The position numbers and the translations under genes are program-made. The notes below the pieces were generated by a model. That model worked only from the letters and a program-made list of their open reading frames with translations, ran no database searches and was not told where the DNA came from. A DNA stretch of 64,000 nucleotides from Elusimicrobiota bacterium (GTDB lineage Bacteria > Elusimicrobiota > Elusimicrobia > JACQPE01), in assembly GCA_016180815.1 (NCBI GenBank), contig JACPAN010000010.1, positions 15,913 through 79,912 of the forward strand, read 5' to 3'. Position 1 is the first letter of the stretch; each line of letters opens with the position of its first letter. Below are positions 8,505-17,128 of this stretch, one piece after another.

Positions 8505-11350
8505 AAGGTCGCTGCCAACCGGGACCAGGAGCCAATACGCTGGTTCTCCCTGGCTTTGCGGGCATTCTCAAGTTTTTGAATGAGGCTCTTGAGAATGCCG
8601 TCATTATCGATAAGATTAAGTTGTCTTGCCAGGCGCAGGTCAATTTCCAAACTTTGAAATGAAACAGTTTTAATTACAGATGAGGGTTGGCCTGGGATTG
8701 GGCTGTAAGATACTTGATAAACATCAATTTTCCCTGCCATTGTGAGGCCGGAAAATTGGGTGTCCAAGCTAGTTTGAGCGTTGGAATCAGTATTAATCAG
8801 ATTTAAATGATAGCTCCCTTCCCCTGTGCCAACAACCTGAATGCTATAGAGACCTGGAGGGGCCGGGGTTAGCTCAAGATAAGCAAAACGTTCTTCATCA
8901 TTGCCTTCCCCGGTGTCATCTCCCAACGAGGTATCGGACTCGTATGCGGCTCCAGGGATTTGCGTAACAAGAGAAGAAGCTAAAGGATCAAACCCTGTTT
9001 TTCTTCCTAGAGAATCAATCAGCAAAAGCTCGATGGGGGAGCGGCCTAATATATTGACGCTGCTGCTGTCGCCTGACTCTGGGGTCAAGACTCTTAAAGA
9101 AATGATCTTACGTTTTAGGGGATCGGAGATTCTGTTGAAGTATTCGGTTAATGTTTCGATATCGCTATTCCCTGGATCATTGATGGCGTAGGTTTCCCCT
9201 TGTTTGCCTTTGATCACCAAAAAATGGGTTTTGTCGGAAGTACCAATACTGTAAACCTTGACAATAACAGGCTGTTCTTTTAGCTCAAGGTCAACTTGTT
9301 CATTGGTGGGCTGGTCAATTCTGGTGTAGTGAAATGGCCGGTCTTGAGTATCAGTGTAGGCAGGGATTTTGGGGAAGATAAGATCAGCGCCATCAAAAGC
9401 ATCGGCTTCTTTGAGGCCATTATTGAGGGTAAGGGGATTAACGTCAAAGCCATAGAATCTCAATATATTGCTGACAGTAACAACGGCGCAGCCGATGTTT
9501 CTAAACATCTGATTTTCCCCGGTACCATTGCCAACGAATTCGCCAGCCCAATCAACGTCTTCTCCAAATTGTTTATCATCATCTACCTCATGCGCTATGT
9601 CGCCGGATGCTCCCCCCACCGTCACGCTGGCTAAATGAATCTCCTGGCCCGGGTTAATCGTATAGTGGAGGACGGCCTGTCCGACGACGGTTCCGGTTGG
9701 GTCTCCGATATTGACGTCGGCCTGCACAGGGATGGATTGGCCGGGAGCGCGATAGAAAAGCCACATGCCGTAGGTGCCCTCAAGGGGTGTCGTGGAAGCA
9801 ACGACAAAGCTGCCCTCGCCGCAACCTAATCCGAAGTTAAGCGGCTCTCCGGAACTCGCCAAAAAAGAATCGGAACGCATGTCGCTTCTGGCATCGCCTG
9901 AAACATTAACGAGACTAAACCGTTGGAAAAGAGCTTGAGAGGCAAGCCGCTTGAGTCGGCATTGATAATGAGAAACTTGACTGCCGTCGGGAGAAACTTC
10001 AACAACATCAGTCTCGGCGATAATCGTTCCAGGGGCATCGGCAAAATCCAAGACCTCATCGCTGCCGGGCTCTTGGATGCCTAAAGCCAGGTCGCCGATT
10101 GAGACCGGGTTGACTGCAGGGCTTTCAACAAAAGTAAAGTCTGTGAAATGAAGAACGCCTCCTTGATTGGCTGCAAAAACCTTGGGTTCATCAGGAGGCG
10201 CAATGTGAGAGCCGGGACCCATCAGATGCGCAAGCTGGGTCAACAGCCTGGCTTTAAGCTCTTTTGGAAGCTGAGATCGTTCGATAAGAAGTTCTGGGGT
10301 TGAGGCCTGACCCTGAACCTGGGCTTGGGGAAACTCCTGGAAGGTTTTAATGGAACGGTTTTTAACTTGTTTAGCCTCATCGCCGATTAAGTTTAAGCCT
10401 AAATTGCCCCTGAGGGTTAAACCTTGGGTGTTATCAGGATCAACGATCAAGGCGAATTCTGAGCCCCTGCCGTCATTATTGATAAGGATGTTGTTTTGGG
10501 AACCTGGGTCAAAAGAAGAGTCTCCGCAGCATTGATTGGTCAGCCAAATGCCCACACCTGCTGATGGGGTAGTCGGGTTGTCCGGGATGGATGTTTTGTT
10601 GTTCTCTACGGCGGTGTTATCGGCATTTAAAAGAAAAATGCCGGACATGGAAAAAAGGGTTAAAGAATCGGGGATTTGGCCGGAGATCGCGTTGTGGGCG
10701 ATGGTGTTGTTCTGGGGTCTTGAGCGCAATTGGCTTTGGACAACAGCGCCTCTCCATAGTTGGGCCACAATACCCACGCCTCCCCCGCAAAGTTTGGCTC
10801 CCGTTTGGCAGTCAAAAACAGAGAGATTTTCGATGACGTTGTGATGGATATTCCAATTGTCTCCGCCGTTATTGGTGATGGCTTGAACCGTGCCCAGGAC
10901 TTTGATGTGGCTGATTTCAACGTCGTTGATTTTGTCATTGCCGTTGATCAAGTCTCTGGAAAAAATAGCGGCTCCAAGGGGATCAAGATTGCTGTTTGAA
11001 ACGCCTTGTCCGTCAAAGGTCAAGTGATGGATTTTGCTGCCGCTTGCTTCCTTTCTTGAGAGCCAGAGGCCGACTTTAAAACCGGAAGGATGTTTGGGCG
11101 AATCGCAGCCGATAATCACGGCCCCTTCCCCGGTAATTTCCAGACGCTTGGAAACAAAAGCGCCGCAGTGACGGCCGGGCGAGAGCCTGATTGTGTCGCC
11201 TGGGCCGGCAGCATTAACGGCTGCCTGGAGGGTTGGCTGGTTTTTGGGAACTTCAACGACGGCAGCGCTAATAAATGGAATAAAAATACTGCCGATTAAA
11301 AAAAGAAACAAAAAGAAACTGCCGTAAAAAATTCTCGATCTCCGTATCAC
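8501..11350 (-). CDS. Large secreted multidomain protein: signal peptide, right-handed parallel beta-helix, C39-like cysteine peptidase domain and PPC-like beta domain
   Basis: 949 aa with a hydrophobic N-terminal signal. Beta-helix Asn-ladder repeats (NNTIAHNAISG, ENNKTSIPDN, NNILINNDGRGSE). The C-terminal half matches the C39-like peptidase pattern (QMFRNIGCAVVTVSNILRFYG ... THFLVIKGKQGETYAINDPG). A PPC-like segment follows (PAPPGLYSIQVVGTGEGSYHLNL). Low GC (about 46 percent). Both ends overlap their neighbours as ATGA. Confidence 0.6.
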   Translation of the reverse strand: MIRRSRIFYGSFFLFLFLIGSIFIPFISAAVVEVPKNQPTLQAAVNAAGPGDTIRLSPGRHCGAFVSKRLEITGEGAVIIGCDSPKHPSGFKVGLWLSRKEASGSKIHHLTFDGQGVSNSNLDPLGAAIFSRDLINGNDKINDVEISHIKVLGTVQAITNNGGDNWNIHHNVIENLSVFDCQTGAKLCGGGVGIVAQLWRGAVVQSQLRSRPQNNTIAHNAISGQIPDSLTLFSMSGIFLLNADNTAVENNKTSIPDNPTTPSAGVGIWLTNQCCGDSSFDPGSQNNILINNDGRGSEFALIVDPDNTQGLTLRGNLGLNLIGDEAKQVKNRSIKTFQEFPQAQVQGQASTPELLIERSQLPKELKARLLTQLAHLMGPGSHIAPPDEPKVFAANQGGVLHFTDFTFVESPAVNPVSIGDLALGIQEPGSDEVLDFADAPGTIIAETDVVEVSPDGSQVSHYQCRLKRLASQALFQRFSLVNVSGDARSDMRSDSFLASSGEPLNFGLGCGEGSFVVASTTPLEGTYGMWLFYRAPGQSIPVQADVNIGDPTGTVVGQAVLHYTINPGQEIHLASVTVGGASGDIAHEVDDDKQFGEDVDWAGEFVGNGTGENQMFRNIGCAVVTVSNILRFYGFDVNPLTLNNGLKEADAFDGADLIFPKIPAYTDTQDRPFHYTRIDQPTNEQVDLELKEQPVIVKVYSIGTSDKTHFLVIKGKQGETYAINDPGNSDIETLTEYFNRISDPLKRKIISLRVLTPESGDSSSVNILGRSPIELLLIDSLGRKTGFDPLASSLVTQIPGAAYESDTSLGDDTGEGNDEERFAYLELTPAPPGLYSIQVVGTGEGSYHLNLINTDSNAQTSLDTQFSGLTMAGKIDVYQVSYSPIPGQPSSVIKTVSFQSLEIDLRLARQLNLIDNDGILKSLIQKLENARKARENQRIGSWSRLAATL

Positions 11351-11595
11351 TTTTTGCCTCTGCCGCTTTCCTCATAATAATTTTCAGGGCGCATCAGCCA
11401 AAACTGCCCGATGAATTTGGACACGACGATAATGAGGACGCAGGACACCAAACCATAAAGCGAGCCCCAGGCCGGAAAATGCTCAAAATCAAAATGAACA
11501 TGCCCGTGGAACAGGCGCGGAGCGATGATTTCAACCAAAGCGATAACGCCCAGGCTGATATAAAACCACTGCTTCGCTTTCGCAGAGAATTTCAT
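11347..11595 (-). CDS. Small two-TM His-rich membrane protein (82 aa), translationally coupled between antiporter-like subunit and beta-helix protein
   Basis: Two predicted TM helices (FYISLGVIALVEII; LYGLVSCVLIIVVSKFI) flank HGHVHFDFEHF. It overlaps each neighbour by 4 nt. GC is host-like. Confidence 0.5.
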   Translation of the reverse strand: MKFSAKAKQWFYISLGVIALVEIIAPRLFHGHVHFDFEHFPAWGSLYGLVSCVLIIVVSKFIGQFWLMRPENYYEESGRGKK

Positions 11596-13082
11596 GGAAG
11601 CGCTCTACCGGCCAAACCGAGCAGAAAATTCGGATAAAAACCGAGCGCCACCGAGGCCACGGCGCTTAAAACCAAAGGCACAACCATCCACGGAATTTCC
11701 CGCGCATGTTCATGGCCATGAGCGGCCTCGGCAACCTGTTCTTTTTCAAAGTAGGCCTTATAGACGACAGGCCCTAGGTACGCTGCCGTGAAAAAAGACG
11801 AAAGCAGAAGCACGGCCATCAGCGCCAAACTTCCGCGCTCCAAGGAACCGAGGACCAAATTCCATTTGGACACGAACCCGCCTGCAGGCGGCACGCCCAC
11901 TAAACTCAACGTTGCGAGCGTGAAAGCGGCCATGGTCCAGGGCATGCGCTTGGCGAGCCCGGAAAGCTGGCTCACTTGCGTTTTATGCGCCGTGACATAG
12001 ATAGAACCGGCGCAGAAAAACAGAGTGATTTTGGCGAAGGCGTGATTCGTGATATGAATGATTCCGCCCAAAGCGCCCCTCGAGGTCAACAGCGCGCCGC
12101 CTAAAAGAATATAAGAAAGCTGGGAAATGGTTGAAAAAGCGAGCCGCGCTTTTAAATTATCCGCCCCAAGGGCCAGCACCGAGGCCACGAGAATCGTAAT
12201 GGCCGCGGCCCAAAGCGTCAACTCATCGGCGCCCACGATGCTCATGGCTTCCGGGCCGAAGACGAACAGCATCACCCGCAGCATGGAGAAGACGCCGGTT
12301 TTAACGACGGCCACGGCATGCAGCAGGGCGCTGACCGGCGTAGGCGCCACCATGGCCGCGGGCAGCCAGCTATGCATGGGCATAATCGCGCTTTTGGCAA
12401 ATCCGAACAGAAACATCGCAAAAATACCCCAGAAAAACGCCGGCCGCGCATAGAGAATTTCCAGAGGCAGAATGCCTCCTTTTTGGAATTCCAAAGTTCC
12501 GGTGGTCGTATAAATCAAGACAATCGCGGCCAGCAAAAAAACTTTAGCCGCGCCCAAAAGATAAATCGCGTATTTGCGGGCGCCGGCCTTGGCTTCCGGG
12601 GTTTCCTTATGCGCGACCAAAGGATAGGTGGCCAATGTCAGCGCTTCGTAAAAGATAAAAAGCGTAAAAAGATTGGCGGCAAAGGCCACGCCCATAGTCG
12701 CGGACATGGCCAGGGCAAAACAGGCGAAGTAGCGGGTTTGAGCGTGCTCCGAGAGCGCGCGCATGTAACCCACGGAATAAAACGAGGTTGCGATCCATAA
12801 AAGCGAGGCGCCCAGCGCGAACAAAAGCCCGAACGCATCAGCGCGAAAGGCGATTTCCACCCCGGGCAACAGGCGGAACAAAACGCATTCGAGGTTCAGG
12901 CCCGACCAAACAGCCGGAATCATGGACGCCACAATCAAAAACTTCAAAATCCCGGCTCCGACCGACCAAAACTCCCTAAGATTCCGGCGTTTCGAGCCCG
13001 TCGCCATGACAAGAAATGCGGCGATCAGGGAAACCGAAACAGCGCAAACAGGTTTCAAAGAAAAGGCCGTTGTCGTCACCAT
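11592..13082 (-). CDS. NuoL/M/N-family (MrpD-like) antiporter-like subunit, positional nuoL after nuoK (496 aa)
   Basis: Motifs HSWLPAAMVAPTPVSALLHAVAVVKTGVFSMLRV and ARKYAIYLLGAAKVF. The usual LPDAH/M aspartate is replaced by Ala. It lacks the long C-terminal horizontal-helix region. Confidence 0.8.
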   Translation of the reverse strand: MVTTTAFSLKPVCAVSVSLIAAFLVMATGSKRRNLREFWSVGAGILKFLIVASMIPAVWSGLNLECVLFRLLPGVEIAFRADAFGLLFALGASLLWIATSFYSVGYMRALSEHAQTRYFACFALAMSATMGVAFAANLFTLFIFYEALTLATYPLVAHKETPEAKAGARKYAIYLLGAAKVFLLAAIVLIYTTTGTLEFQKGGILPLEILYARPAFFWGIFAMFLFGFAKSAIMPMHSWLPAAMVAPTPVSALLHAVAVVKTGVFSMLRVMLFVFGPEAMSIVGADELTLWAAAITILVASVLALGADNLKARLAFSTISQLSYILLGGALLTSRGALGGIIHITNHAFAKITLFFCAGSIYVTAHKTQVSQLSGLAKRMPWTMAAFTLATLSLVGVPPAGGFVSKWNLVLGSLERGSLALMAVLLLSSFFTAAYLGPVVYKAYFEKEQVAEAAHGHEHAREIPWMVVPLVLSAVASVALGFYPNFLLGLAGRALP

Positions 13083-13381
13083 TTAAGTTTGGTCAGTTCA
13101 TCAATATGAGCCGCGGGCTGGTTGCGTTGAAGGGCGAGCAAAAGGCCGAGCCCGACCGCGACCTCGGCCGCGGCCACGGCAATGACAAAGATGGCGACGA
13201 CCTGGCCGCCTAAATTTTGAAGATGAAAACCAAAACCGGCCAAACTCACATTCACGGCATTGAGCATAATCTCCACCGAAACCAGCATCAAAATAAGGTT
13301 GCGGCGGATCAAAAAGCCCGTCATGCCGATTCCAAAAAGAATCGCGCTCAACATCAGATAAGAAGATAAAGGAGCCGCCAT
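13076..13381 (-). CDS. nuoK: NADH-quinone oxidoreductase subunit K
   Basis: 101-aa three-TM protein. LMLVSVEIMLNAVNVSLAGF is the NuoK/ND4L signature. Confidence 0.9.
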   Translation of the reverse strand: MAAPLSSYLMLSAILFGIGMTGFLIRRNLILMLVSVEIMLNAVNVSLAGFGFHLQNLGGQVVAIFVIAVAAAEVAVGLGLLLALQRNQPAAHIDELTKLKW

Positions 13382-13953
13382 TAAACGTTTGTCCCCGAAA
13401 GAGCCCTTGTTTGCCGCGCCGCCGGACCGGATGATTGAGCAATTTTTCCGTTGGCCGGCTGCGCCCGGCGTTTCCCCAAGACAATGGCGCCCACGATCGC
13501 GGCTAAAAGAATCAAGGAAGCGATCTCAAAATGAACGGCAAAATCGCCGAAAAGCGCCGTGCCAAGGTCGGCGACCGTGGGCTGCCAGAGGACGCCCTCA
13601 GGCAAGGGCCCGTCAAACGCCAGACCCTTCAACGAGCGCAGCGCCGTCGCAGCCAAAACCACGAAACCCAATCCCGCGGCAACGCCGAAAATCCAATGCG
13701 CGCCGTAACGGGGCTCGTTCCCCTCGACTTTTAAATCCAACAGCATCAAGATGATCAAATAAAACACAAGGATGGCCCCCGCATAAATAATAATTTGAGT
13801 GGCGGCCAAAAATTGAGCTCCGGCTAAAAGAAAAATTCCCGCCACATGCAAAAAAAGGGCCAAAACCCAAAGGACGCTATGGATCGGATTGCGGCGAGTG
13901 ACGGCTAGAAGGGCCGAGGTTACGCTTGCGGCCGCAAGATAAGCGAAGGCCAT
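13381..13953 (-). CDS. nuoJ: NADH-quinone oxidoreductase subunit J
   Basis: 190-aa membrane protein. RNPIHSVLWVLALFLHVAGIFLLAGAQFLAATQIIIYAGAILVFYLIILMLLD is typical of NuoJ/ND6. Confidence 0.9.
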   Translation of the reverse strand: MAFAYLAAASVTSALLAVTRRNPIHSVLWVLALFLHVAGIFLLAGAQFLAATQIIIYAGAILVFYLIILMLLDLKVEGNEPRYGAHWIFGVAAGLGFVVLAATALRSLKGLAFDGPLPEGVLWQPTVADLGTALFGDFAVHFEIASLILLAAIVGAIVLGKRRAQPANGKIAQSSGPAARQTRALSGTNV

Positions 13954-13994
13954 AAACGACCTAACTCAGGACCGGGCCCGAATCGCGCAGGTCC

Positions 13995-15023
13995 TTAATG
14001 TTTATGCTTCTCGATTTCTTTGACGGCCAATGGAATAAATTCATATAAATCCGCCTCAATGCTGAAGGTCGCCAGTTTCATCAGCGGGCAATCGGGATCT
14101 TTATTGACGGCGATAATGACTTCCGCCTGGCCCATGCCGGCTAAATGCTGCACCTGACCGGAAATACCGCAAGCGATGTAAAGCTTGGGCCGGACCGTCC
14201 GTCCGGTCAGACCGACCTGATGCCGGTAAGGAATCCATCCGGAATCAACCGCCGCCCGGGAAGCGCCGACAGCCGCCCCCAAAACTTTGGCCAGAGCGCG
14301 GATCGTCTCAAAGCCCTCGGCTTTGGATAAGCCCCGGCCGCCGGAAACGATTTTATCCGCGGAACCGATATCAATCTCGGTGTTCTGTTCGGGAACAAAA
14401 TTCACGAATTTTGTTTTTGAATTCCAGGAAGAAGGGTCCACGGCGACTTTTACGGTTTCGCCGGTTTTCCCGGCGCTGCGTGCGGCTCTCGAAAAAACCA
14501 TGGGCCGCACGGTCACGATCTCGGGACGGCTGCGCTCGCACAAAACAGTGGCGATCAGATTGCCGCCGTAGGCCGGGCGCATCGCTTTTAAGACGCCATT
14601 GGCCACGCCGTTATTGCCTGAGCTGACGGACAAATCCGTCACATCCGCCATGGCTCCGGTTTTTAGACGAACGGCCAAGCGTCCCGCGATGGAACGGCCG
14701 ATCGTGGACGCCGGCAAGAGAAGCTTATTAGGCTTCTCTTTTTCAATCAAATCAGCCAAAACTTTGACGTAAGCTTCATCGATGAAATTAGCCAATTCAG
14801 GATGATCGGCCAAGTAAACCTTGGCCGCGCCCGCTTCAAAAAGTTCCTTCGCGTATCCATCAAGTTGATGGCCGACCAGCACCACGGACAACGGCTCGCC
14901 CAAATCTCCGGCAAGCTTGCCGCCGATGGACAAGAGCTCGTAAACGGTTGGGACCAATTTACCGCGGCGAATTTCGCCGACGCACCAAACGCCTTTATAT
15001 TGACCGAGATTTGTTTCGGACAT
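13995..15023 (-). CDS. etfA: Electron transfer flavoprotein alpha subunit
   Basis: 342 aa. It has the EtfA N-terminal domain and a C-terminal FAD-binding region (PKLYIACGISGQVQHLAGM...VIIAVNKDPDCPLM). Confidence 0.9.
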   Translation of the reverse strand: MSETNLGQYKGVWCVGEIRRGKLVPTVYELLSIGGKLAGDLGEPLSVVLVGHQLDGYAKELFEAGAAKVYLADHPELANFIDEAYVKVLADLIEKEKPNKLLLPASTIGRSIAGRLAVRLKTGAMADVTDLSVSSGNNGVANGVLKAMRPAYGGNLIATVLCERSRPEIVTVRPMVFSRAARSAGKTGETVKVAVDPSSWNSKTKFVNFVPEQNTEIDIGSADKIVSGGRGLSKAEGFETIRALAKVLGAAVGASRAAVDSGWIPYRHQVGLTGRTVRPKLYIACGISGQVQHLAGMGQAEVIIAVNKDPDCPLMKLATFSIEADLYEFIPLAVKEIEKHKH

Positions 15024-15037
15024 GGTATTTTTCCTTC

Positions 15038-15847
15038 CTATAGAAGTTTCAGCTCTTTAAGCTTTTCGACGAATTTTTGCGCCTTTTCTTCGATGGTGGC
15101 GCCTTCGATGCGCACGCCGCCTTGCCTTCTGGCCGGCGCGTCTTTTTTCCACACCTTAGTCGGGCTGCCCGTCAACCCCAAGTGCGCGGCATCGGCGCCG
15201 ATATCAGCGGCCGACCATTTGGCGACGACCGCTTTTTTAGAGGCCATTTTGCCTTTAAGCGAAGGCAGGCGCGGCTCATTGATCTCTTTGACGACGGAAA
15301 TCAAGGCCGGCAGCTTCATTTCCAGAACATCCATGCCGTCTTCCATCATGCGCTCCACGCGCACGATTTGATCGTTGATTTCCTCGACCTTCTTGACGAA
15401 GGCGACATTGGGCCAATCCAGCCAGGCGGACAAACCGGGGCCCACCTGGCCCGTATCGCCGTCATTGGTCTGTTTGGCGCAGATAACCACGTCCACTTTG
15501 CCTTTTTCCTGCTGAATTTTCCGAATGCCCATGGACAGCACGTAGGCCGTGGCGTAGGAATCGGAATCATTGAACGCCTCGTCCGAGAGATGGTACACGC
15601 TGTCGATGCCGCGGGCGATCGCCTCGCGCAGGATTTCTTCCGAGCGCGCCGGACCCATGGTCACGGCCGCGGTCCACGAGCCGGGAACGCGCTCTTTCAA
15701 ACGGATCGCTTCTTCCAAGGCGTATTCATCAAACGGGCTGATCGCATAGGTCAACCCGGTGGACATCAACTCCCCGGTATGGGGATCGATCTGGACGGAT
15801 GAGGAAGCCGGCGTTTGTTTGATGCAGACGACAATATTCAAAGGCAT
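15038..15847 (-). CDS. etfB: Electron transfer flavoprotein beta subunit
   Basis: 269 aa starting MPLNIVVCIKQTPASSSVQIDPHTGEL, the typical EtfB N-terminus. Confidence 0.9.
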   Translation of the reverse strand: MPLNIVVCIKQTPASSSVQIDPHTGELMSTGLTYAISPFDEYALEEAIRLKERVPGSWTAAVTMGPARSEEILREAIARGIDSVYHLSDEAFNDSDSYATAYVLSMGIRKIQQEKGKVDVVICAKQTNDGDTGQVGPGLSAWLDWPNVAFVKKVEEINDQIVRVERMMEDGMDVLEMKLPALISVVKEINEPRLPSLKGKMASKKAVVAKWSAADIGADAAHLGLTGSPTKVWKKDAPARRQGGVRIEGATIEEKAQKFVEKLKELKLL

Positions 15848-17109
15848 TAGACGCTCAGAGCCTCCTTGGTGTTGGCCTTGGAAGCATACTCTTTAATGGT
15901 CATCATGGCGATTTCGTTTTTCTGAATCTGGCTCGTCCCCTCGTAGATTTGCGTGATTTTCGCGTCCCGCATAAATTTCTCGATGGGGAAATCCCGCATG
16001 TAACCGATGCCGCCGCACATCTGAACGCAGTCGGTGGTCACAGCCATCGCCGTCTCCGAACAAGAGAGTTTGACCATGGCCGAATATTTCGTCAGGCGGG
16101 CGCCGCTCAAAGCCGTCATTTCCTCGTAAACCGTTTTACCGGAAGCTTGACTCCGGCTGAAGGCCTCTTTGAGAGTTCGATCCATGACGCGGTTGACCGC
16201 ATAGAGCAGAGCCCTGGATGTTTCGATCTTGGTGGCGCAATCCGCGAGCATGTGCTGGAGAGCCTGGAAATGAATGATGGCCTGGCCGAATTGTTTGCGC
16301 ACGCGCATGTACTCGATGGCCTCATTCAAGGCGCCCTGAGCGATGCCCACGGCCTGGGCGCCGACGCCGGGACGGGAAAAGTCGAACGTCGCCTGCGCGA
16401 CGAACAACCCGCGCCCCTCTTCCCAAAGCAGGTTCTTGGCCGGCACTTTGCAGTTATTGAGCACCAGTTCGTACGTGGGGCTGGCGCGAATGCCCATTTT
16501 GGTTTCTTTCTTGCCGAAGGAGAAGCCCGGAGTTCCTTTTTCAACGACAAAGGCCGAAATACCCCGCGCCCCTCTCTTTGGGTTGGTCGAAGCGAAGAGC
16601 GTATAAATTTCCGCAACCTCGCCGTTGGAACAGAAGTTCTTCATGCCGTTGAGGATATAGTAATCCCCCTCGCGCTTAGCCGTAGTCCTGGTGGCCGTCG
16701 CCTCGGAACCGGCTTCAGGCTCGGTAATGGTGAAAGCGCCCAGGCGCTTGCCGCTGGCTAAATCCGGCAGCCAGCGCTTCTTCTGCTCGTCCGTGCCGAA
16801 AAGAAGAATCGGAATCGCGCACAAGCCGCACGCCGCGATGCAAAGAGCGATACCGCCGCAGACTTTGGATATTTCCTCCGTGACCAGGCAAAGCTCCGTA
16901 TTGGCGCCGCCCAAACCGCCGTACTCCTGCGGCAAATACACGCCGAAAAGATCCGCGCGCCGGAACTCTTCGATGACTTCCCAGGGGAATTTTTCCGTTT
17001 CATCGTGATGGGCGCGGACGGGCTTGACCTTTTTTTCGGCGATTTCCCGCGCCAGTTTGATGATTTCCCTTTGTTCGTCCGTAAATTCGTGGTCCAATGT
17101 CAACAACAT
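15847..17109 (-). CDS. Acyl-CoA dehydrogenase (butyryl/short-medium chain type)
   Basis: 420 aa with ACAD motifs (LTEPEAGSEATATRTTA; YYILNGMKNF; QMCGGIGYMRDFPIEKFMRDAKITQIYEGTSQIQ). The RBS is AAGGAG. Confidence 0.9.
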   Translation of the reverse strand: MLLTLDHEFTDEQREIIKLAREIAEKKVKPVRAHHDETEKFPWEVIEEFRRADLFGVYLPQEYGGLGGANTELCLVTEEISKVCGGIALCIAACGLCAIPILLFGTDEQKKRWLPDLASGKRLGAFTITEPEAGSEATATRTTAKREGDYYILNGMKNFCSNGEVAEIYTLFASTNPKRGARGISAFVVEKGTPGFSFGKKETKMGIRASPTYELVLNNCKVPAKNLLWEEGRGLFVAQATFDFSRPGVGAQAVGIAQGALNEAIEYMRVRKQFGQAIIHFQALQHMLADCATKIETSRALLYAVNRVMDRTLKEAFSRSQASGKTVYEEMTALSGARLTKYSAMVKLSCSETAMAVTTDCVQMCGGIGYMRDFPIEKFMRDAKITQIYEGTSQIQKNEIAMMTIKEYASKANTKEALSV

Positions 17110-17128
17110 ATTGATCTCCTTTTTTCTG

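Noticed and set aside
12318-12800. 160-aa plus-strand ORF (MQQGADRRRRHHGRGQ...)
   Set aside because: Extremely Arg/Gly/His-rich and antisense to an antiporter-like membrane subunit.
15077-16761. Plus-strand ORFs of 241 and 270 aa antisense to etfB and the acyl-CoA dehydrogenase
   Set aside because: They fully overlap genes with strong family signatures on the opposite strand. Their composition is Arg/Gly/His-biased with no motifs.
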